From Spirogloea muscicola (Eukaryota), in NCBI GenBank assembly GCA_009602725.1, contig WELB01000009.1, positions 156,374-220,373 on the forward strand: 64,000 nucleotides of DNA. The letters are read 5' to 3'. Of this stretch, positions 13,078-24,287 are shown one piece after another. Under the pieces are notes generated by a model that saw nothing but the letters and a program-made list of their open reading frames with translations, made no database searches and was not told the DNA's origin. Position 1 is the stretch's first letter; each line of letters begins with the position of its first letter. The position numbers and the translations under genes were made by a program.

Positions 13078-16000
13078 GTGAAGAGTCTTTCTTTCTCTCT
13101 CGATGGGCTGGCTTTTCTTTTTGGGCTGGCTTTTCGCAGCCCTTGCCCCCATTGGGAGTGCCACTTCTTCTGATGGGGCCCCGTGCACTTGGCAAGAGCT
13201 GTTTCTTGGAAGCGGCGAGGCAGCCCCACTTGCGCCGAGCTTCCGTGGGCTTGTTTGCGCGCCATCCGGCCCTTTCAAACCTTGTCCAGTCCTTCGGGCT
13301 GGCCACTAATGGCCATTGCTGTCAATTTGGAAGAGCTGATAGGTTTTTCTTTGAGACCATGGCCGCTGGCTACCACTCGCTACATTGCGTATGATGCACT
13401 CTAGCGTACTTCACACCTCCTTGATCTAGACGCTCTTCACCACAGTGTGCTGGCTTGTTGCTTTGGCCTTCCTCTCATTCAATGCGGATCGCGCGCCTTC
13501 GTGCTCTTAGGAGGCCCCCTTTTGCTGGTGTTCCTCGCCCCACTCTGCCTTTTGGGCTACGTATGCTATTTTAGCCACCACGCCTTTCGGCCGAGTGCTT
13601 CCTCGTCGTGTTATGGCCCTTCGCATTTGCGCACATGCTACTTCCAACCTTTCCTGCCGGCTCCGCCCGTCTCCCAGGCAGAAGCAACCAGGAAACCAGG
13701 AGCAAGAGTGCCACCGATGCCCCCTCTGCATGAAACAACACTAAAAGTAGCCCACGGCGCACCCCGAGGTGGCGCGAAGCCTGGCGCTTGTGCTGGCTCG
13801 AGGCCTGCAGTCTCGCCCCTTTGGCAGCTCTGTACCAGCTGGCCTTCCAGAGCAAGAGCCACCACCATTTGAAAGGATAGCTCCCCCACCGCCGTGGCAT
13901 CTGTGGGAGAGCCACACCTGCGCTCGCGCGCCTTGTCGTAAAGAAATCCTCAACGTTCAGAAGAGAGAGAGGGAGCCTTTCTGGAGAATGCGATGGAAGG
14001 TTGTCAATTCTCTAATGGGGCTGGCTTTTCCCAGCCCTAACCCACCCTTTGGAAGAGCTGCTTCCTCCTTCCGTTAGAAGGCCAGCCCATCAAGATTGTT
14101 GAGCAAGGTAGAGTAAGGGCCACACCGTCCCCAGCACACTCCCGCCCGACGTCAGCGGGGCGCCGGCGCTGACGTCCTGCAGGCAGGCTTGCTGACGCCA
14201 GCGAGGCACTGCCTGGACCAGGGCTTGCTGGGCGCCCGCCTGGACGGGAGCCCCAGAAGGCCGTTAACCGCCGAGGCCTTGTGGGGCCAATCGGTGGTGG
14301 TGCCGAAACGGGACGTCACTCAGGGCAGGTAAATGCTGCGCAAGGGGCCGGCTCCACCGTCGCGGACCACTATCAATGAAACTGCTCTTCCAAATTAAGG
14401 CAAATTATTGGTCTAAGAGAGAGAGAAGGCGCGCGGTGCGCATGAGAGAAAGGGGTGGCCAATTCAAGCCAACACATTGGACAGGCACAAGCTAGCGCAG
14501 ATTTCAACCCCTTACTCCGGCTAAGTAACTCCACTTGCGGCTGTCGAGTAGGCTTGTTGGGAGCCCCTCTGGGCAAAGATCTCTTAGATTATTCCTTATT
14601 ACACCACGACAGTGTGCTGGCTTGGCTTGGCCTCCCAATCCACGCGCACCACGCGCCTCCTCTTTGAGAACCCATTCGGAAGTGTCACACAGCTGCATAG
14701 CTCTTGCAAAGCTGCTTGGTTTTCGCGCCTTCCAGAGCTTGTCCACTCCTTGTGGACTTTCTGATTGTGGGGTGACCTTTCACAGCCATGGCCTTGGAAG
14801 AGCTTCTTTCTTATCCTGACATGCGGCTACATACCATGGGGTTACAACTGTGCGGCTTCCCTTTGTAGCCACTTCGTCTGCTGTGTGGCTAGCCTTCAGG
14901 TGTCGAACCTTCCCCTTAAGACCTTGACCATGCTTATCGGACTGGCCTTTCACAAAGACCACCTCCTTACAGAGCTTCTCCATGGATCAGCCACCTTAGT
15001 AGCCGTGAGTCAGTAGCCACGAGTCTGTGACGGGCAGATTCAGGTCTTTCTGGCAAGACATAGATTACCAAAACAACTGAGTGAACGTGCATCTCAAGGC
15101 TATCGCAGGCCATTTGCTGTGACATGCGCCAGAACCCTTCTCATCAGTGGACCCACCTTTGACCTATCTTACTGCAGACTTTGGCTGGTCTTTGCCTCAG
15201 AAACTTGAATGGCAGCTGACCTTTCTTTCATGATGGATCGTCCGGTTGTTAAAGTGAGCATGAGTCCCTTCTTGCCCCAGGTTGTTGTAGGAGCATATGC
15301 AGAAATGAAGAAGTGGCACTGTACATAGAGCATGCACAGGCAAGAAGCAGACGCTGTGGGTGGCCAGCCCGAGATAGAATGTTGACAAAAGCTGAAAAGG
15401 GAAGGCGTCAACAAGGAATCACAAAAGGGGCAAGGTTGGGCAGAAGTATCAGAAGTGACGCTCACTCAGCTGTCGAGCGGCTGCTGTGACGGGGGGGGGT
15501 GTTCATCGATAAAATGCTCCCATGAGAGTAGCGGCTGTGAGGAGCCAGCCGTACAGGAGGACAGAAGTTGGGCAATGTCAGAAATAAGAACAAATAATAA
15601 ATCCCTCTTAGGGAGTCCAGCGGCTGCCGTGAGATAGGAATCCCTGTGTACATGAAAAGCACTAGGAGGACAATGGCTCTCATAATAGTGTGGCTATGAG
15701 GAGCCAGCCAGCTTGACAAGAGCCGGAAGTTTGGAATGAGTCAAAAGTAGGCCCGCTCAGAGAATTTGGTGGCTCGCACTTCTGAATCTGGTAGCCTTTA
15801 TCAGCAACCGCAAGCTGGACACGCTGATGATACTGAGACTACAATGTTTTTCTGAAGCTAACGGTGGCTCACTTGGGTAAGATTTCAGTGAGGAGCAACA
15901 GCAGAGGGATGTCACTGGAGCCAAGGCGTCCTTCTGGTAAGACCTGGTGAATATCAGGCCGCAGCTGAAGGTCGGACATATTGGCAGGAGGGGAGGAGGG

Positions 16001-19000
16001 AGACAGGCGTCAAAGCTCACAGCCACCGCCCCCCTTAGAAAAGAAGAGCACTATGCTCAGAGAGATGGTTTTCTCCCTTAGCCAGCTCATTACCCAGTTA
16101 CCAGGTCATTTGTAAGGCTAGAATTGGCCTCCCTTTCACTTTCATGCGCACCGCGCGCCTTCTCTCTCTCTCTCTTTCTTAGCCAACCGCCCCCATGAGC
16201 ATGAGCGCTTATCCCGCCCCCGCTGTTCTTTCGGCCCCTTCGGACATCGTCAACTTTTCTCGGTCTGGCCTTTTTACAGGCGGAGTGCCTCCTTCCCTGC
16301 AACGAGCTACTCCGACCTGATGTTGCTCACTCGCGGGTACTGAGCTTCCCTAGTGCGTTGTCGTGCTTGGTAGTGTAGTCCTTTTTCGGCACCTCTATCT
16401 TGAGCTTTGGACATTGTCCATTCCTCTTGGGCTGGCTTTGCCAGCCCCTCTTTCCTATGGGCGCGCTCTTTCTTCATTTCTTCTTTTACAGCCCTTGCCC
16501 CCTCCGAAAGAGCTCAATTCTTGAGAGGAATGAGGTCCCCACAGGATATCAGCGATTCAGGCTGCGAGGTTTTCCAACTTGTGGCTGTTGATCAGGTTAC
16601 CAAGTGGCCATCCGTAGGACTTACTTGTCCTGCTAAAGTGCTTTTTCCAAATTGGGGCTTCCCCCTGGACCCTGTGAACTCTCTTTCGGCTGGCTTTTCA
16701 CGACCACAGCCTCCTTGGCAAGAGCTCACATTCCAGCTGCTGGTCAGTTTCTGCTGCTGTTGACTTGACTTACTGCGTGACTATATGGTACAAATACTAT
16801 TGAACCTGACTGTTTGCGCTACGAGATGAGGGTGATGACAGGGAGGGAAGAGAGAAGGCGCGCGGGGCGAATGAAATGAAAGGGAGGCCAATTCAAGCCA
16901 ACACATTGTTCAGGCAGAGTCTAGTGCAAACTAAAGAGAAGGGGGAAGCAAGAGGAAGAAGGCAGGAGAACAACGAGACCTTCCAGATCAGATATACGGC
17001 AATGGCCGTAAGAGGCCAGCCCAAAGCATGGACAAGGAAAGAGATACCCTAAGGGGCGATTGCTGTAAAATGTCAGCCCACCAGAAGAACTAGCCTGAAG
17101 TGAGTGGAAAAGGGCTCGCCCACGGAAAGGGCCCAAAGCGCGAAGGAGCAGCTTCTCGATGTTTCTCATGCAGGGCTTCTTCCCTTGGTGGGAAATGAGA
17201 GAAGGTGCTCTGTGCGTAAGAAAAGAAAGGGTGGCCTAGTTGAGCCAATAAACTTTTGCCTGAACCTGTTCAGGCAAAAAATAGTGCAAGAAGTGGGGCT
17301 ACATAAGTATAAGCCCTGTGCTAAGGTGGGCGTCGACGTGCACGGAGCCTTTGGCACAAAATGGCTTGACTTGCTTCACCACCTTGCGCGGCGTGCATTG
17401 GCCCGTCGCCAAGGGCAGCAGGGCGAGCAGCCCGGCTTCAATGTCGCCGCGTCCCTCGCTCAAGTCTTCCGGATGCGCTTGGCCATCTCTTCGCAGCGGT
17501 CCCTTGCCTTCGCCGTTCACTTGCGCGCAGGCCGCGCTTTTGCGGCGACCTCCGGCTTCCGACAGGGCGACAACTTTCCGCCGGCTAGCTATTCAGATCT
17601 GCATCTCCTGACTAGATGTTACTGAGAGTCTCGTTGCTGATGTCCTAGTCCTTAGCACTCCGGCTTCTTCAGAGAAAGAGCTCGCCCATTGAGGATAGGG
17701 GCTGGAACAGCCAGCCCAAAAAAGAACCTTGTCCATTCCTTTGGGCTGGCCTCTCCCAGCCACCAGTCAATCTGGCCGCGCTTTCTGCTATGCTAACTAA
17801 GGTGGCTAGGTAATGGAATGTGTGTTAAGTGATGGAGGGGCCTGTGTGGCAAAGTAAGAAGGCAAGCACATTGACAGAAGGTGGCTAAGGTAACAGGGGA
17901 AATGGGGTGGGGGCAAAAGCCGGGGGAGTCCTGCCCCTTTCCTGCCGAGCCGGCGCGCGGGAGCGCTGGCCCCTCGGTTCGAACCTGCGACCGGCTGTCA
18001 GGCCATCAGGTGAGCGCGGCTTTCCCCAAGGGGGCGCCACGTGTTGGTCAGCTGCCACGGTGGCGTCTCGTATTGGTGGCGCGGGCTCCAGGATTCTGGC
18101 GGGACCGCAGATTCCTACCAGCTAGTTCCCACAGCCAGTCACCACGGCTAGGAGATGATTCAGCTGACCGATGCCAATCAGCCCCTTCCTTCCTCTCTCG
18201 GCCATTGCCGTGCTTTGAAAGTGCCTGTTCGTTTCCTGACGTCGAAGGAACGCATTGCTACTTCGTTCCATTTCAGACCTGGTACATTCCATTGGGCTTG
18301 GCCTCGCTACCCAGAAGAAGTGGCTCTCTCAATGGGGCCAAGGGCTGTGATAAGCCAGCCCGAAAAATTTGACAATCTACCCAGAGACTAGTTTCTCTGA
18401 CCTGCGGCTGCTCAACAGGGGTTATTGAGCACCCAGTGGCCACTTGCGTCGCTGTGTGCTTTAGCTCTCGCCTGGCCCCTTCAATTTTGTTCGTTCTCTT
18501 TTCTGAGCTGGCCAATCACGGCCATCGCCTTCAGTTGCAAGAGTCTTTCCATCGTCTCCTTCCGCACATGCCATTCTTCCAGTGTAAGGACACTGGAAGA
18601 AGCTTTTTCTTTACTGTACTCTGCTCATTCTTTTTTGGGCTGGCTGTTCCAGCCCCTATCCTCAATGGGCTCTTTCTTCTTTTCTTTTTTCCCCGCGGCC
18701 TGACAGGAAAGCATATTCCCGTCCCCAGTGGCGGGGTTGTTGGCCCCCGCCTTCGCGGGAAGAAGGTGCTCGCCCATTGAGAAGAGGGGCTGGCAAAGCC
18801 AACCCAAAAAGAATGGACAATGTTCAAAGCCAAAGAAAGAGGTGCTGAAAAAGGACTACACTACAAAGTGCAAGATGGTGCAGAGGGAGATGCAGATGGC
18901 TGCTCAGTATCCAAGTGTGAGCAACAGCAGATCAGAGTAACTCGGAGCAGGAGAAGCGGCACTTTGCCGAGACCCGGAAGCAGCAGCCATAGCACGAGCC

Positions 19001-19121
19001 TTCGCGGGGGACTACGTGACGCTGCTACGTCCTCGTCCATCCTTCCGTGGGCTCGCCAGTTACTAACGCATCGGCTTGAATTGGCCACCCATTCATTCCA
19101 CGCGCACCGTGCACCTTCTTC
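13078..19121. repeat. Gene-free island rich in modular hairpin repeats between divergent TGA and ycf45-like genes
   Basis: Modules at ~13100, 13280, 13445, 14015, 14420, 14610, 16085, 16370, 16850, 17000, 17675, 18315, 18380, 18615, 18760, 19075. Confidence 0.85.
18377..18550 (-). mobile_element. ~175-bp element of the same family (sister subfamily; relatives at ~54150-54325, ~44362-44460, ~44715-44850)
   Basis: Left end GGAAAGACTC..GGCCAGCTCAGAAAAGAGAACGAACAA; right end TGCTCAATAACCCCTGTTGAGCA + CAGAGAAACTAGTCTCTG + GGTAG, homologous to the right end of the 210-bp element. Confidence 0.7.
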
Positions 19122-19518
19122 AATCACAGCCATCGGGTTTGGCTCACCGGTTTTGGCAAACCGGTGAGCCAATGGGGCTGGCTGCGTCTCAGATTGTTTC
19201 CCTCGGGCTGTTGCATAATGTGGTTGGGGGCGGGGAGGTTCCACTCGCCTGCTTCCGGAGGAGGGAGGGAGGGAGGAGGGAGGAGGGAGGGAGGAGGGAG
19301 GGAGCCCCCCCTCCCCCCCTCCCCAACTCACGCCCGCNCTGCGGCCGGCTCGCGGCTCCCCCGTCACGAGCCACCATCTGGCGTCGGCGAGGCGCCGCTT
19401 GCTGCTGGCGACCGCCTCGGCCGCCCTGTGCGGGGCGGTCGCCGCGCCGCCGTCGATGCGCCTCCGCCCGGAACGACGTCAAGAAGGCCGTCGCTGAGGT
19501 CGTGCCAGGCGCCTGATC

Positions 19519-22500
19519 ATGGCTGCCGCGCCCCGCACGCCATCCCTCTCGGCCGTCCGCCGGCCCGCCGGCATCGTGCCGGCCGCGGCGGCCACCGCGA
19601 ATCCGCAGCTCCATGGTGCGCAGCACTCGGCGTTCCCTGGGCCACGGAATCGCCAACTATTTGTCGAAACGTCGGCCATCGGCAGTGGGCCACGGCTCTG
19701 TTGGCAATCCAGAAGCCCTTGCTTGGGCAAGTATTGCAGCCATGCGAGCAGCAGCTGCAGCGTCAACCTCCACCCCATGGCTGCCGGTTGCAACGCCTAC
19801 GGCAAGGCCAGCTGCGGCAGCGGACTCCTGTCGAGGAGGCGAGGGGCTGCCGCAGCAGCGCCAAAGGCGGGCGCGGCCGCTGCGTGCGGCCCGACCAAAG
19901 GCCTGGACGCAAGCGACTCGGCCGCCGCTGCCATCTCCGCGGCCTCGGCTGCTCCCGGCAACCTGGAGCGGCTGATGCTGGAAGACGGCCCGGTCATCGT
20001 GCGCGACGACCTCAGCCAGCTCCTGGAGGTGAGCAGCTCCCTCGGCCCCCCCTTGGTCGCGCAGAGCAAGCATGAGCGGGCTGCCCTTCCCATCATTTGC
20101 GGCTTGCCTGTCAAGAGAAGGTAAGCTCAATCATTGTGATTTGCCACAATACACTTGGTATGGATGGGCGTTGTGGCACCATGGATCCCTGCATCCCGAG
20201 TTGTTGTCTGTGTCATCCATCACATGCAGGCACGTCTCAGTGCCAGGGCTCAGAGCTCCCGGCTGTTGGTACAATAATAGAATGTCTTGCGACCATCTTG
20301 TATTCCCTTGATTTGAGGCCCTTGCTGTCTTCGCTGATGAGCGTTGGCAGTCTGTGGCCAGACTCACCCCGCTGTCTGCCAGACTCTGTTACTGTCTGGC
20401 ATGGTCTGAGAACCTTGCAGCAGATTGTGAATGTCTCCAGATGGATCAACTGGCTAACTGCAAGCTCATGTTGTGGGTCCTGCTGCAGTGCTTACCTGAG
20501 GTGCTGCGCTCGAAGCTCCGCGAGCACCCTCGCCGCTCTGAGTTGCTCGAGGTGAGGCTGCCGCCGCTTCGCCTCCCTTTCCTGCGGCAGCTGATGTTTA
20601 GGGGACATGTGCGACTCCTGGCTTCGATTGGCTGAGTGCTGGGCAGCTCGACTGAGGGCCTGTGCACTCGATGCTGGCCTTCCCTCAGGTCGTCCTGGAT
20701 CTCGGCCGGCGGCCGGAGGCGCGGTTCCTGGGCGACGGCGGCGGCGAGTACCTCAGCCAACACGAGGTGGACAGCCGCGTGGCACAACTACTGATTTCTT
20801 GCAACCCTTTCTGTCGCTCTCGCTCGGAGGAAAAGGATCTGTAAGTGATAGCCAGCAGCAGCACCTCATTGTAGATGCAATGGTATTGGGCACTGGCGCA
20901 GGTCACGCGGATCGACTTGGAAGCGGCACAGGCAGCTGTTGGCGAGTTTGGCGGCGACAATCGCGCAGGCGTGGAGGGCACGCTGCACCGCATTTCTGGC
21001 ATTCGCAACCGCAAGGGTCACATTGTGGGGCTAACGTGCCGTGTTGGCCGCGCCGTGACTGGCCATGTTGACATGATACGGGACGTCCTCACGCTAAACC
21101 AGAGCATTCTCTTCCTCGGCAGGCAAGCCCTCTTGTCATTATGTATTTAATGCTCCATTAACCATGTGCATGCTCCAAGTTGCCTCTCAAGGAAGTGGCA
21201 ATGAGTGCGGGCAGCCAAACAGCAGGGCTGGGTGCTGCCTTTTAGTCACAGCAAGTTGTTGTGCTTTTGGGCTGCAGGCCGGGCGTCGGCAAGACTACGG
21301 TGATACGTGAGATTGCGCGCGTGCTCTCTGATGAGCTCCACCGCCGCGTGGTGAGACCATTGAGCCCTTTGTCTTTGTCCTCTGTCCAATGTCGCGCTCC
21401 TCGTAGTCGCTTGAGAGCTTCATTGCTGGCGCAGTCCACCATCACTGGTGTCAGTTGGTTGTGCATTGTGCTTTCTGTCCCCTGCTCATGCTGTAGCTTG
21501 TCTGCTCACACATGCTTCTGGGCTTGCAGGTCATCGTCGACACGAGCAACGAGATTGGTGGTGATGGGGACATCCCTCATCCAGCCATTGGTGGAGCTCG
21601 TCGCATGCAGGTGGGAAGCACGACTGCTTTCTTGCCGTACTTGGACTCGAATCACATCTGTGACCACGACATATGTATGTGGACACAACAATCGGCACTG
21701 CTCAATGCTATCTGGGAGTGATCCCTGAGGCAGGTCCCAGATCCAGCGATGCAACACCGCATCATGGTGGAGGCCGTGGAGAATCACATGCCAGAGGTGG
21801 TGATTGTGGACGAAATTGGGACAGAGGCTGAGGCGCTTGCCTGCCGCACTATAGCCGAGCGTGGTGTCATGCTTGTCGGCACAGCCCATGGCCAGCTGCT
21901 GGAGAACCTGATCAAGAACCCAACTCTTTGTGACCTGGTGCGTTGCTATGACTGATTGATGTGCTCAGTATGGCAAGCCTCTGCGCTACGCAGTCACGGC
22001 AAACGAAACCTGGCTGCAAGCTCATTGGCAAATGGGGCGGTGTGCTGCACGGGGCAGGTCGGGGGCATACAGACAGTGACGCTTGGCGACGACGAGGCCC
22101 GGGCGCGTGGCACGCAGAAGAGCGTGCTGGAGCGCAAGGCGCCTCCCACATTCCCGCTGCTCATTGAGATGCGGGAGCGTAACTACTGGGTATCTCACCA
22201 GGTGGGATCTGGCAACCAAAGCCCTCATGAGGGTGCTTGCCAGGATTGCTGTAGGCACTCTAGAAGGAAGGCATGTCATCTGTAACGGGAATTGTGATGT
22301 TGCAACCTGAGCTGGCAGACTGATAGGAGCGTCGACTCGCTGCTGTATGGCAAGAGGCCCTATGTTGAGGTGAGGGCCAAGCTGTGCATGCCCTGCCTTT
22401 GTGCTGCCCATCTCAGGTAGTCGTACAGCCACGACAAGGTTACCGGATAACAAAGTCCATCTTCTGTGGCAGAGAGGTTCTTCTAGGAAGGCTTAGCTTC

Positions 22501-23226
22501 TCCATAGACTAGAACATCCCTCAGTCTGCGACAGATGGAAGCCCATACTGACGTTGGCTTGTTGACCTGTTCCAATAGCAGCTTGCTTGTGGAAGGCACA
22601 CAAGCTGCCGGCAAGCTAAGCTGTGCCAATGTTCCTGACAAGAATCTTCACCTTTGAGTTCAGGTTCGTACAAGGGACGGCATGTGCGACGTCGTGATTG
22701 AGCGCAGGCTGTATGACAGCAGCGGCAATGGTCGCTCGGACGGTGACTACGAGTACAGCCTGGGCAGCCCACTCATGTCCATGGTTGGGGCGCTCAATCC
22801 TGCTGACGAGATTGACCGCACGTATAGCTGGGCAGCCAAGCTTGGTAAGTCAAGCGCCATGGAAGGCATGGTCGATAATGAGCTGGCAGTGCCCCCTACC
22901 TCCGCAAGACAGTTTCCTGTCTTTAAGTTGCAGATGTCTCTGTGGTTTCAGCAGCTTGGAGCTTCTTGTGTTGGGCTCTGTTGTGCGTCGCAAGGCAGTC
23001 CTTTTTAAGCGCTTTGCCTTATCAATTACTTTGGTGGTCCTTCATGGATGCAGGGCATGTGCCAGATAAGGACGCAATCGCCGAGGCTGCCATGAGCTTC
23101 TCTGTCAGTGGGCGGAGGGGATCCTGGGAGGACTATGACGAGGAGTTTGCTGGGTACGGCAGCTCTGGGGGTTCAGGGGGTAAGCGGGGCTCCAAGCGCG
23201 GGCCCCGTGGTGTGCGGCTGCGCTGA
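19519..23226 (+). CDS. ycf45-like / SpoIIIAA-like P-loop AAA ATPase, probably plastid-targeted, spliced
   Basis: Transit-peptide-like N-terminus; [44 protein letters not shown], Walker [71 protein letters not shown]. Confidence 0.92.
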
Positions 23227-24287
23227 GCACAGGACAGGTCGTCTAAGGGTACTAATCCCTCAATAATGAGGGCCAGAGGTACCTCTTCGTGATCTCTCTG
23301 CTATCAAGAGCTCAGAGTTAGCACTTTTTAAGACATTCCTGGAAACAGCGTAAGGTCTTGAGAGGCCAGTTGGATAGGGGGTGGGGATGGGTAAGGGCTT
23401 TCCAGTGAGCGTTCTCAGTAACGCAAACTGGAATGCCAAAGTCACTGTGACGTAGCACACTGCGGAAAACTGGCAGTTTCTCTGGGCGGTTGTGTGTGTG
23501 GGCTGTACTGTATTGTGCACATATATATCAGCACCTTGCTCGACCCTCTGTCTCTTCAGTTGCTCTTGGTACTACATTGGTATGCAATTTGACTTCTGGG
23601 AAATCACATGCATTCGCAGTGTGTGATCACGTGTCATGGGGCTTAATGTTTGGAGCTGCTCCTATGCTCGTGCACTTGGACAACATGAAATCTGGGCAAC
23701 AAGATTTGGCCTTCTCATGTCACCGAGACCGATATCTTTCAAGCCGTGGTGCTATGGTGCAACCTAGCAGCCTTGAAGAGCCTCAGTGCATCAAAACGAA
23801 CAGCCGAGTGTGACGTACACATGGCCATTACAAAAGAAGCTTGATGACTGCAGAAGCTGTTGCAACTCAAAGTGGTCTCTCCTGTTCACACACCTCTTTC
23901 TAATGCTGATCCTATAGCCAGGTGCTTCCAGCTCATCCTCAAGTATTCTAGTTGCCTTCCAACTCTTGGTCCTAAATATTGGTGATGTATGTCAATCGAT
24001 GGACATCAAATGGCACTCTCTTCCCTTAAGCCCTCTTCTGGTACCTGCGTGGTCTGCACTTCCAGCCCCTTCAACTTTGTTGATGCCTGCTGGGCTGGGC
24101 TTCACAGCCATCGCACTCTTGTGGAAGAGTTTCTCCTCCAGCCCCCATGTAGTCCAACTTGCATCTCAATCTGTGCCTTATGACACCAACTGGGTCAGTA
24201 AGCTATTTGAAGAAAAGTGAGGATCTGAAGTCAAGATGCAGCCCATGGTGATCACGTGGTGTGCTCGTTAGCCTCTGGCCGCCCGCA

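Noticed and set aside
14455..14667. LLGAPLG, as in CRE-type RT thumb regions
   Set aside because: A single short motif without supporting context.
17299..17620. GC-rich segment vaguely like an integrase C-terminus
   Set aside because: Multiple stops and frameshifts; no diagnostic motif.
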